This document shows positions 14,589 to 26,900 of a DNA stretch of 64,000 nucleotides, piece by piece (position 1 is the first letter of the stretch; every line of letters begins with the position of its first letter). Below the pieces are notes generated by a model that was not told the DNA's origin, searched no databases, and worked only from the letters and a program-made list of their open reading frames with translations. The translations under genes were made by a program, and so were the position numbers. This DNA is from Gnetum montanum. Lineage: Eukaryota > Plantae > Gnetophyta. Location of the stretch: positions 301,989 to 365,988 of the forward strand of contig MNCI01001083.1 of NCBI GenBank assembly GCA_015680685.1, written 5' to 3'.

Positions 14589-15234
14589 TATAGCATGTGT
14601 TACCTACTAATGCATTTTATGTATTAGTTAATGCATGAAGGTGGCCACCATATCCACTAACATGTTTTATGCATTAGTTAATGCGTCAAAGTCGCCATTA
14701 TATCCACTAATGTGTTTTATGTGTTAGTTAATGTATCAAGATGACCACCACATCCACTAACACATTTTTATAAGTTAGCTAATGCATCAACATATTCTCC
14801 ATATCTGATAATGCATTTTTTTGTGCATTGGCATTAGGTCTCTTGTGGTAATCGATTTCATGGCCTATAAATTCGTTCTTGATGGGAGAACAAAGGAATC
14901 ATGAATCACAATAGGATTGTAGTTCTAGTCCCTTTCATAGACACTTAGAGGTTGCATACATCATTGTTGCAAAGTGCTAATGTAAAAGAAGAATTCAAAC
15001 ACCAAGTTTAATCCATGGCATCAATGGCTAGAGGTGAGTTCTAGTTGCTTCAACGTTATGCATTTCTAGTTATTTATGCATGTGAATTTCTTATGACATT
15101 TGCTTCAGCATTATGCATTTTTAGTTATCTATGCATGTGAATTTCTTGTGCCATTTGCTTCCACATTGTGCATTTCCAATTATCTATGCATGTAAATTTC
15201 TTATGTAATCCACAAATTTTATTTTACACCTACA
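14589..15234 (+). repeat. 3' LTR of the TAR-like Copia, with a 50-bp x ~4.5 array (14604-14820) and a ~55-bp x 3 array (15045-15210)
   Basis: Termini TaTAG (decayed TGTAG)...CTACA; TATA cctataaatt at ~14864; repeat units ccactaatgc..ttatgcattagttaatgcatcaag and ttgcttc..cattatgcattt..agttatctatgcatgtgaatttctt read directly. Confidence 0.8.
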
Positions 15235-15299
15235 TCATTAAATGTCATGTTTTATGAAATACCACATTACCTTTCTAGCTATGACCATTCTCGAGTTTT

Positions 15300-16850
15300 C
15301 ATACCCATACAAGAGGTGCCCTAAGCAAAGTCTCTTTAAAAAAGTTTTGTAGGTTTTACTGTGTTCATAATTTATGCATCAACATAAACATTCTCTAATA
15401 ATTTGCTTAGTATTTTATCTTAGTAGGCTTCTAAGATTTTTTTTGAAGCATTTTCTACATCATTGATTAATTTCATTTTAATTCTAGAAAAATTAAATAT
15501 CAATGTTTTTAAAATTTTTTTTAGTTGCAATTTTTGTTATAATGGGTTAAAGCCAAACCATTTTTTGAAAGCATGTTTTGATGGTTTGAAATTTTAGGTG
15601 CATATCTCCATAACTTATAGTTTTAGCTACTACATCCATAAGGCTAATGCTATCTCTAAAATTAAATCTATATTTCTTACAACCTACATAAATAAATAAC
15701 TAAGTGAATGTAACAAAACCATATAAGTTTTTTTAGAGATACCTAGAAAACTAAAAATAACTACTATTACCATCTCTAATCCAAGTTATCTAGCAACAAT
15801 TTGATAACTATTATTCTTGCCATTGACAAGGTTACTTTTATAAAAAGACACAACCTCTTGAAATTTTTAATCTAAAAGCTTGTGCTCAACTTGTATATTC
15901 ATGTTTGATTAATTTTTTCATAATTTTTTTTATTGAATCTAGAAACATTAACTAATTATTGAGAGTTATCAACATACTTTGCTCACTTGAATGACATGGA
16001 TGTTACTATTTATAACCTAGTAAATTTATGTTGGTATGTTATGACTAAGTATTTTTACCAATAGAAGATTGTATTTTTACAGGATACATAATGATTGAAT
16101 ATAAGATACTTGAATAAATCACCCACAATAACACATTATTCAAAATATAAAACAAAATAATGTCATAATGGAGTCTTATCATATCATTATTTAATTCAAC
16201 ACTAACATGTACATTTTTTTCAGCCATTATTATATCATTGAAATAGAGTCTAATCAAATAGAATATATATATGAAAGACAAGTTCATTCATAATAACAAA
16301 CTCTAAATCATTTATAAACATAGTTAGATGATTCATTACAATTCATTATAGGCAATAACATCTAACATTATTCTCATTGCATTTATGTTATTATCATCAA
16401 ATCAGATAATATATTCATAATAAGAGATTCTATCTTCTTCTTAGGAATGGATTCCAAAGTAAAAGTCATCCAATAATGTATTCACCTATCAATCATATCA
16501 TGGATTACAATTAAATCATTGCCATGTGAAATATAATGATCTATGTCTTTTTCTACCTACCCCACAACAATGACCATGGCAACAAATAGCACTATGTATA
16601 CAACATAACTAATATTTTGACCATTAAGTACTTAAGATTTTTTTCTCAAAGAGGATAAAACTATATATATGACTTTCAATGATCATGATCATGGATAAAT
16701 TATTCAATACTTAAGTAATAGGAATAATAAAAGAAACAAACTAAATAATTACCCTACTTTGAAAGGTTTCAAGATGATCATTGATATATTAGAAAAATGA
16801 GACATTATCTACCTAAGTCAATACATCTTCAGTACTAAGGCAACTCTTGA
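15300..16850 (-). pseudogene. Highly decayed Copia relic, possibly Bianca-like
   Basis: Minus strand ~15600-15660 gives SLMDVVAKTISYGD, resembling Bianca RT LMDVVTAYLYG. Weak gag-like NNLSMIMIIESH / GHCCGVGR near 16550-16710. Confidence 0.35.
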
Positions 16851-17462
16851 GGCATCCCTTAGGAGGTAGCAAGGCTAGTTAGTAAATCCACATAGCACTT
16901 TAGCTTCCATGGGTAGTATGTTAGCTTATTTCTCTATTTGAAAAGTTTGAAAACTAGAATTATTATTTTTTAAAATTTTAAAACTTAACTTATATTGTCT
17001 AAATTAAAAATATATATCCAAAGAAACTTTCCCAAAAGAACCCTTCTTAAACCAAACCATTCATATATAATAAAATAATTAGTATAATTAGATTCCTCTA
17101 AATCATATCTATAAAGTATTTATTACACTCATATAAGCTTTTATGAGTAGCATGTTAACATCTTCCATTGTTAATATGCCAAAATAACTTCTCATTCAAA
17201 ATTTTAACTTCTCTCCAAAACATTGAAAAGTGTGCATGTATTAGTAAAATTATTGACGTAATAGAAAATAGAGAATACCCATAAATATATTTAGAAAATT
17301 CATAATTAAATTTAAAAATAAAGCACAACCAAACATTAAAGCACTAAAAGACTTATTTTGAAGGATATCCTATTCTTACCATTGGGCAAACAACATCCTA
17401 GTGAAATATTCTGTTGAAAATTTATCAACCCTTTAACAATTATGGAAATCCTATGATGTTTG

Positions 17463-17866
17463 TGTTAGCCTCTAAGGCTGTGTAGTGCTTGCCTATTCAC
17501 TGCTAGCCTTAAATAACAAAATAGAACAAAACAAGGGTAAATAGAGGCAACTAAATTTCACACATTTTTATTCAATTGATAATGGCCTTTGAATAGGCAA
17601 ATACATCAACAAAAAATACCAACTCCTATAATGGTCGACCCTTCAACTTCTATAATGTTCGACCATTCAACTTTTGTAATAGTCAATCCTTCAACTTTTA
17701 TAATGATTAACCCTTCAACTTCTGTAATAGAAAACTCTTCAACTTCTGCAACAACTGACCATTCAACTTCTAAAGAATGAAAATAGTAGCTAAATTCCTA
17801 TAGATAGTTCCTAAATACTAGGACAAACAAAAAAAAAGCATGTTTAACAATTAAACACATTTAACA
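17463..17866 (-). repeat. 3' LTR of the Ivana-like Copia with a 24-bp tandem array (7 caact cores)
   Basis: TGTTAG...TTAACA termini; unit ccttcaacttctataatggtcgac at 17620-17772. Confidence 0.92.
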
Positions 17867-17897
17867 CCCTCCCATAAACTAAAAGTTTGCAAACTAT

Positions 17898-20800
17898 CAG
17901 TTTAACAAGAATCGTTCTCCAACCTACTTTCGTAGCATCTAGAATGTTAATAACTTGAAGGGTTTGGTTAGAATATCAACCAGTTAATATTCACTCTTAC
18001 AAAACACCAAATCAATAACACCATCATTGCAAGAAGTGAAATCTCACATCAATATGCTTGCTTCTTCCATGTAGCATAGGATTTTTGGATAACTTTATGG
18101 CAGAATTGTTGTCATAGAAAATTGTAATAGCCCCCTCTTACTTGAAATATATCTCATTAAGAATTTTTCTTAGCCAAATAGCTTGGAAATCACAAGATGT
18201 TGTAGCAAAAAATTCAGCCCCTACAGTTGACAATGTGACAATTGATTGCTTCTTAGATGACAATGAAATAGCCCTTGTACCCATCATAAAAACATATCTT
18301 GAAGTGCTCTTTCTATCATCTTAATCTCTTGCATAATCACTATCAATAAATCCCACAAAATTAGATTTCTCACCTTTCTTGTAAAAGAGCCCAAAATCTT
18401 TAATTCCTTGCAAGTAACAAAATATTCTTTTAGTAGTCAAAAAATGCATCTTCTTTGGAGAATCCATGTATCTATTGATAAGACTCATAGCATGCATTAT
18501 ATTGGGTCTGGTTGTAGTCAAATACATTAGACTCCGAACAATTTGCTTGTAAAGTGTAGATTTTGCCTTGCTTCCTTTAGGATCTTTGTTTAGCCTCAAG
18601 CCAATCTCAATTGGAGTGCTTAATCCTTCATCTTAAACCTCTCCAAAATTTCTCTAACATACTTCTTTTGAGAAATAAAGATTCCAATGGGTGATTGCAC
18701 TACTTCCATGCCAAGATAGTAATACATTTTTCCAAGATCAATCATTTCAAACTCATCCATCATTGACTTCTTACAGTTTTCAAACAAATCACTATCATTA
18801 CTAGTGAAAATAAGATCATCAACATATAAACATACAATGAGAACTTTTCCTCCAATCTTTGTAAAAAGTGTATGCTCGTATGGACATTTTTGAAATCCCT
18901 CCTTAGAAAAATAGGTATTTATATGACTATACCAAGCTCTTGTAGCTTGTTTTAGTCCATACAAAGCCTCTTTTAATTTATAGACCTTGTGCTCACTACC
19001 AAGACTCACAAAACCATGGGGCTGATCAATAAATATCGATTCCTCCAAGTTCCCATACAAAAATCTAGACTTGACATCCATTTGGAAGATAGGCTATGAA
19101 TTTTGTGCTACCAATGCAATCACCAATCTAATTGTATCATGCCTTGGAAAAAAAGCAAAGACTTCTTATAGTCAATCCCATATTCTTGATTGTATCCCTT
19201 AGCCACCAATCATGCCTTATACTTGTCAACTTCACTAGTCTCCTTTAGTTTTGGTTTGAAGATCCACTTTACACCAATGGTTTTATGCCATTTTGGAAGA
19301 TCAAACAACTCCCAAGTACCATTTGTCTCAATGGCTTCAATTTCATCATCCATTGCCTTTCTTCATTTTGATTCTTTAATAGCACTTTCAAAAGTTGTGG
19401 GATCACAATTTGTAAACAAAGCAAAGTGGGTGATTGGATCATAAAATTGGTCAATCCTAGTTACCTTATAATCCATCATCCATAAGGGTCTTTTTTGAAT
19501 ACAGCAAGATTCAACTGCTATTATTTTTGGTGAAGTCTCAGGCTCCATAGCTCTTGGTGCTTCAGCCTCCATGGCTTATGGGATTTTAGCCTTTATAGTT
19601 TTTGGTGCTTCAAACTCTGTAGTTCTAGGTTATGTAGTTTTGGGTGCTGCAAAGTCTATAGTTTTACTATAAAAAATAATTGAAGTAGGCTACTACCCAT
19701 TCCAATTCCAAGTGCTTTCTTCATCAAAGATGATGTCTCTATTAGTTACAATCTTCTTTGTTAGAGGATTATACATTTATATGCTTTGGATGCTTCACTT
19801 ACACCAAGAAAGGCACATTTTTTACTCTTATCCTCCAGCTTCTTTCTATTCTCATCAGGGATAGGTGCATATGCAATGCAACCAATGATTCTGAAGTGAT
19901 CCACTGCTAGTTTCCTCCCACTCCAAGCCTCTTCTGGTGTCATGTTTTGAACAGCAAAGGTAAGAATTCTATTCAAAACATGGATGCTCCAATTCATAAC
20001 CTTCAACTAAAAACTCTTTGGAATACTTCCTCTTGCTAAGAGACTTCTCACCATATTGAGGATAGTTCTATTTTTCCTCTCTGATACACCATTTTGTTGT
20101 GGTGTATACGAGGCTATGAGCTCTCTCTAAATGTCATGATTCTCATAAAAAACATCAAACTCTTTTGAACAATATTCTCCTCCACAATTTGTATGAAGAG
20201 TCTTAATGATCTTTATAGACTCGTTCTCAACATGTGCCTTGAAGCTTTTAAATTCATTAAAAGCTTCAAACTTCTCTTACAATAAATAAATCCAAATTTT
20301 TCAAGTATAATCATTAATGAAGGTGATTAAGTACCTTTTACCCCCATTTGAAGATGGCTTTATTGGCCCACAATTGTTGGAGTGAATGAGTTTAAGGACA
20401 TTCTTTGCTTTCCATGATTTTCCTTTGAAGAAGTGAGAATGATGTTGTTTACCAACAACACATTCTTCATAGACTCTAGAAGGAATTGTACTTTAAGGAA
20501 GACTAGTCACCATATTTTTTGTTGTAGAGTCTTTAATCCTCCAAAATTTAAGTGGCCATAGCAAAAATGCCAAAGCCATGTTGGGTCTTTTACTTTAGCC
20601 TTCAATCCTCAATGGAAATAATCTATTGGAGCTCATTTGAACAACTTCAATAGCTCCTCTTATAGTTGACTATTGCAATCTAATGGAAATTTCACAAGCA
20701 TCCTTTTGAATGGTTATTACATAACCATTCTCTTATAGTTGACTAGCACTTAACAAATTTCTTTTCAAATCAATAACATAAAAAACATTAGAAATTTTTT

Positions 20801-21909
20801 CTACAAAATCATTCTTGGTTCTAATGTTAATACCCCCCTTTCCCATTACATTTACAGTAAAACAATCACAAAAACTTATTATAGAATGAAAACTTTCACC
20901 TAAGTAAGAAAAAGAAGACTCACATCCACACATATGGTTGTTGCAACCAGTATCTACATACCATACATTTGGCTAAGATTCTTGATTAGCTTGAACCACC
21001 ATCAACAAAGTCTTAGACTCCTTCTCTTCTACAAAATTTGATTTCTCTCCTTTTTCATTGGGTAGTTTAGTGTAGCATTTGAAATGATAGTTTCTGTATT
21101 TATAGCATCTAAAGCATTCCACGTTAGATTTGTCAACTTTTCCTTTTCCTTTGCCTTGAAATTTATCACCATCCCCCTTAAAATGTTTGCTGCCATCTCT
21201 ATTGCCTCAATCTCCTCTTCATCTACCTCTACCTCTACCCCTATCTCTTCCTCTTTAGGAATAAGTAAAAGTAGAAGCCTTCAAAGCTTGCTCTTCAAAA
21301 GTTGAATTTTGATTTATCTTCTCTTCATGGACTAACAAAGAACTTCGAAGTTCATCAAAGGAAAGTGTATCAACTTCTTTGGATTCTTCAATTGAACAAA
21401 CAACATAATCAAACTTGGGGGATATGGAATGCATTATCTTCTCAACAATAATCACTTCCCCCATCTTCTCACCATGAAATCACATGTTATTGGTTATCCC
21501 CATTGTCCTTGCACAATAGCTAGTAAATAGACTCTCCATCTTCTATTTGTAGAGTCTCAAAATCCCTTCTCAAGGCTTGAAGCTATGCATGCTTTACTCT
21601 TGAAGACCCCTGATATTTCTTCTTCATAGAATCCCAAATATCCTTGGAAGTTTCTTTGTTAAGAATAGTCTCCATGATAGAATTATTAATTTCTTGAAAT
21701 AAGTAATTCTTTGCCTTCAAATCTTTCAACCTCAATCCCTCTACCTCCTTTCTCTATTCATTTGTCAGTGCAACCTTAGTTGTGGGTGCTACTACACCAT
21801 CTTCAACAACTTTCTAGTACTCCTTAGACTTCAAGAAATTTCTATCAACATGCTCCATGCTCCAATGGTCATAGTGACCATCAAAATGTGGGATGGCATT
21901 AGAGGCCAT
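17898..21909 (-). pseudogene. gag-pol: Copia gag-pol polyprotein with stops and frameshifts
   Basis: MASNAIPHFDGHYDHWS; EKIMHSISPKFDYVVCSIEESK; WYVDTGCNNHMCG; INT QQNGVSERKNRT, TPEEAWSG; RT QMDVKSRFLYG, LYGLKQATRAWY, CLYVDDLI; RH GRSKHIDVRFHF. Confidence 0.93.
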
Positions 21910-22028
21910 TTATGCACTACTATGCTTTTCTCTTGAACCTCCTAAACCAAGTGCACTACTATGATTTTCTCTCTAGCCTCCTAAATTAAATTTTCTCTCT
22001 AGCCTTCTGAACCAAGCTTTGATACCAC

Positions 22029-22455
22029 TATTAGCCTCTGAGGCTATGCACTACTTGCCTATGCAATGCTAGCCTCAAATAAAAAAATAGGGGCAAACAA
22101 AGGAAACTAAATTTCACACATTTTTATTCAACTCACAATGGCCTTTAAATAGGCAAATACATCAATGGAAAATAGCAACTTCTATAACAATCAATCCTTT
22201 AACTTTTGTAACATTCGACACTTCAACTTCTATAATGGCTAACTTTTCAACTTTTGGGTTGAACCTTCAACTTTTATGTAATGGTTGACCCTTCAACTTT
22301 TATAGTGACCAACCCTTCAACTTTTGTAACAGCAAACCCTTCAACTTCTATAAAGGTAGACCATTCAACTTCTAAAGAATGAAAATAGCAACTGAATCCC
22401 TAAGGATAGTTACTAGGACACAAAAAACATATTTAATAGTTAAACACATTTGACA
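22029..22455 (-). repeat. 5' LTR of the Ivana-like Copia with a 24-bp tandem array (9 cores)
   Basis: TaTTAG...TTGACA termini; colinear with 17463-17866; adjacent to the PBS. Confidence 0.92.
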
Positions 22456-23990
22456 GTCTACTTGCTAGGAATAGTGAAGGAACCTTGGACAATGGTGGGA
22501 TAGGTGCTTGAACTTGCATGTCTAGAAAATGCAAATGCAAGTCCAACTCGGCTCTTTGGTGTTTCTACAGTGGACTTGATTTGTGTGAAACATCGTGATG
22601 TCTTGGACGACATCAACAACATCCAAAAGAGACCATTACAAATGTGCCACTATGACTGTCATAGAAAAACAAACAAACAAAAAGGATCACTTGCCATGTT
22701 AGCAATATCAATAAGAATTTTTCAAGATTATCTCCATGTATCTTTAATCAAATTTGTTTTCAAGCCAAGATCATCCACCTCAAGTGACAAATACAGTCAT
22801 TTATTATCCCTAAAAGCCACAAACCAATGATGTTCCTTAGCCCTTTGAGATCCCCCTCAAACTTCATCTAAAATAAAACCCTTTGATTATGTAATAATAC
22901 AATCTTTACAATTAGCTTCAACAAACTCTCCAAGTAGATATTAATCACATCGAGATCCTTTAACCTATGTAAGGCAAACTTGCATTTTTTTTATACCTCT
23001 TTACATTATAATAGAAAGGATTATACAATTATTATGTAAGATTTCGTACTTTTCCATAATGATATCTTTGCCTGTTAGATTATGCAATGTATGTGGAAAC
23101 TATGGGTCCAATATGAGAATCCCTTCAACATTTAATCAACGGTATGATACATTTATCCAAATTCAATCTAGACATTTTCAATGAATCTCCCTAGTTTAGC
23201 CACCAGTCTCCTTCATATGCTTAATGTTGTCCTTGTCTTGAACCATAATTCCCATCAATTATGGGCCAATTCATGGGTAAATTATCTCTAATACATGTAA
23301 CATTAGATCCATTGGGAACATGCTTTGGATGATTATATAGATGTTTTAATAATATAACTCTAGAAATTCATTCACACCATGTCTAGCCAAAATATTTGCT
23401 AAGTATATTATCAAATAATCAAGAATGAGAGCTTCACATCCACCATCTTATTTTTCTTGAATGTTTGTGGTCTTGTTACTACATAAGAGTATAAATCTTA
23501 ATAATAATTAGCCTTTTTTTGAATTTATCCCTGCCATAAGAAATGTAATGTCATCTCAAGTTAGTCTTGAACATCTATTATTGTGGTTCATAAACTCTTC
23601 TAATTTATAAACATTATTGTGGTTGTTATTCCAATGTTTCTTCATTATTTCAATGGGTCTCATGTACTTTATCTTTATTTTTTATGTCTCTTATTCATTT
23701 CTTCTTATGTTATATCTCTTATGATATGCTAAGAAGTAACTACTTACTCTCTTATCCTTTTTAAGGAGTTATGACTCTTAATAAATCATGGTGATCTTTA
23801 TAATTATTGTTGAATTAACTTAAGAAACTAATGATTATACCTTAACTTAAAATTATGCTCTAAAATTGCTCTTTAATCATTATTTTCTTGACCTGATCTT
23901 TCATATTTACAAATTCATGAGTGGCCATAAATTCTTATCTCTTCTTTTAGAAAATAAGTTTTCTTTTTCTTCTTCACTCATAAATTTTGG

Positions 23991-26900
23991 TGATAGGAAT
24001 CCCACCAATTTTGAACCAAAGAAATATATCATTCAAATTGTAGTACAATTCAATCATAAGCTTTGAAGAAAATGTTGAGTGCATTCAAGAAATGTAGAAG
24101 ATATTATAATAAATATGTTACAAATAAAACCTATGTTGCCACTGTAAGAGGGATAGAGAGAAATATTTCTAATTTTATGTTTTATGATTTTTATGAATTT
24201 TGGAATTATAAGAAGTAAAATAATAAATAACACACATGCATATAAATCCTTCTTATGGATAGGTGCAATGCTTATGTTGTAATCTCTCATGGGGATAGTT
24301 TCAAAACCAAATGCAAAATATAATAAAAATGACTCTTAGTCATAACCTTGATGGCCTAACATCATGTCATACAGTTATAACCTCCTTTTGTAAGGATAAA
24401 TTGTTGTAGCTTACGAAAATGAGAATTAAATAAATATTTTTATTATTTTAATGTTTTATAATGTTTTTGGTATTTTAAGGTTTAAGGAATTAACAATAAA
24501 ATAAGGGAAAATCATAACCTTTATTCATTACACAAACATTAGACTCTACACTGATCAAGTGATTCCATTATACATAAGCATGGTAGCACTCTAATAGAGT
24601 ATAGCCATACTTGTGAAAGTGATGACTCAAAACACATACACAAAATAGGCAAAGAAATCAACTTACCCAAGGGAGGAAAAGCTCTTCAAATAGCTAAATA
24701 CTAAAAGCTCTAAGAAATGTCTAAGTATGAATTTCTTATATAAAAGAATGCAACTCAAGTATTTATAGTTTTTGTATAAAAATAGAACAAGTTCATCGAT
24801 GTCTAGGTTTCAACAAAGGCCTATTGATGCAGCCCAAATTGATCCCTAGTGTACTCAAAATAAAGTTAGATGAACCAAGCCTACTAGATGGATGCATCAA
24901 TATTGTTTCACTAATGTAAGCTAGTTGGCATATCATCAATCTCTTCCAAAATCATCCTTTATTCTTTCAATCCAACATGCAAGCTAGAACCTAATGGAGC
25001 ATGTAAAAAATTTCTTAAGACATCCAAATGAAATTAGAATCATCCTCAAGAGGTTGAAATTATGCATGCAATCCTGAACTATAACCCAAAGAGGTAAGGA
25101 TACATCTCAAAGGACCAATAACCACTACCAATATACTAGACTATAAACAAGGGACATTGGAAACACTTCTTAGATCCAATGCTTATAATTGATAAAAATT
25201 GTCACTAGATGCTTCATCATTTCTCTATCACTGCATAAAGCTAGTCTCATAGCTTTAGCATTCAAAACAAAACTATGACTAGACACAAGATAGGATCAAT
25301 AATAAGGAATATAATTGTACAAATACTTTGACATAGAACATATTACATAATTACCACTTTGAGAAGAGGCACTAGGGAATGATGAATAACAAGAAGAGTT
25401 TGTTGGCATGCCTATGGAACTAAGGATATCTCAAGCATAATGTATGATCATTAATATATTCTTTGGTTTGTATTTAGCTACTAATTATTATGCTTGTCAT
25501 GTACTTAAAGTTCTAGGATGTGACCCCTTTACCTCTAAATCTTCCCTTCAAGGAAGGCTTTCGAGTCCTAGATTGTGTAAGTATTCTCCAAGTGGAACTA
25601 AATGATGTTATCTTCATGGGTTTTAAGAATGTACCTATCAAAACATATACAACTACAACAATGTCAAAAATCATGTCAAATCCTTAGGCATTAAACCATC
25701 ATTGAAAAAATCATACAAGAAAATAATAGTAAGCATAATTTCCAAAGAAAACATAAAGAAAAATAATTATAGCCTAAGGTGTGATAAATAACATAGGGTC
25801 AAAAAACCACATACCCATTAGTGTCTCTCCTCTACAACTGAGTTATGAGACACCAACTTTGGATAATACTAACTAGAGACATGTACTAAAGAACACTGGC
25901 ACAACAATTAAAGATATAAACATGGAAAGAAACAAAACAAGAACTTATGATACCAATACCCAATCAAATTGAGATCATAAAAAATATAGGTGAAAATGAT
26001 GAAAGAAGATAGTACTAATCAAGAACTTAGGATCATTAAGTTATAACCACACACATGGAAGGCTAATCAAGTACCTTATGTCATGCAACCACCATCATCT
26101 TGGGAGTTGAGCTTAAGTTCACTCACTAAAAATGCTATGTTATCAAGAATTCATAAGTGGATCCTCCCCATAGTAGGATCCTACCTTCTTGCCCTTGTGA
26201 AAACCATTTATGGAACACCCATAGATTTCCAACAATCAATGAAACATTAGCATAAAATGCAATTTCATCCCCTTAGATAGTCAATCTTATTCTCTACCTT
26301 ACCTAGTTAACTTTCTACCACACACAATAATGGATAAGAAATGAAATGTAAGGAATAATGCAAGATGAATAAGAAAAAGTGTGTTTGTGAGACATCACTG
26401 GATCCCCAACCAATAATTTAATTAGATTATAAAATACATGAGCATATCCTATTTTCTAGGAGAGATCCATTATCATATTTCTTCACTACTACACATCCAT
26501 ATAATAGGAATCAACCTCCAAGTCTTCTTTCGAAGAGCCAATTCATACCTACTACTTCTAGTGTCATCTAATATTGATTATTCTAAGGCTAATAAATGGT
26601 GAAATTAAATCAAGATAACACATCACTAGACATCCAAAAGTCAAGATTCTAGTTTGGTTTTCCTTCACTCATTCATGTATGCATAGTAAGCTTCCTAAAT
26701 TTTACTCTACTAGAAATATCTCATTGCATCTTTTTCCTACATTAGCCAATCCCACATCCAAATAAGACTCAAAACACCATGACCAAATAAGAAAGAATTC
26801 TATGTTCGAATGTGGTCAAGGATTGGATCAAGAATGAGTATGTTGATCCAAGGAATAGAAGAATTTGGGATCTAGATGGGAGAAGTAATTAACATTATGT

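Larger units (their letters stand above)
9740..15234 (+). mobile_element. Ty1/Copia LTR retrotransposon, TAR-like; 5' LTR missing, 3' LTR present
   Basis: gag-PR-INT-RT-RH order in ORF fragments. PPT-like taggaga at 14581-14587 precedes the 3' LTR. No copy of the LTR is found upstream of gag. Confidence 0.9.
17463..22455 (-). mobile_element. Full-length Ty1/Copia LTR retrotransposon (Ivana-like), ~5.0 kb, decayed
   Basis: Paired LTRs 17463-17866 and 22029-22455; PBS tggtatcaaagc (tRNA-iMet) at 22016-22027; PPT (ccctcccataaact on +) at 17867-17880; flanks gtttg / gtcta, consistent with a deaminated GTCTG target-site duplication. Confidence 0.95.

Noticed and set aside
17589-17780. 63-aa Ser/Thr repeat ORF
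   Set aside because: It is the translation of the 24-bp LTR minisatellite, not a gene.
22460-23560. Possible host exon or coding relic, including ORF 22504-22830
   Set aside because: No recognisable motif or consistent frame on either strand; left unannotated.
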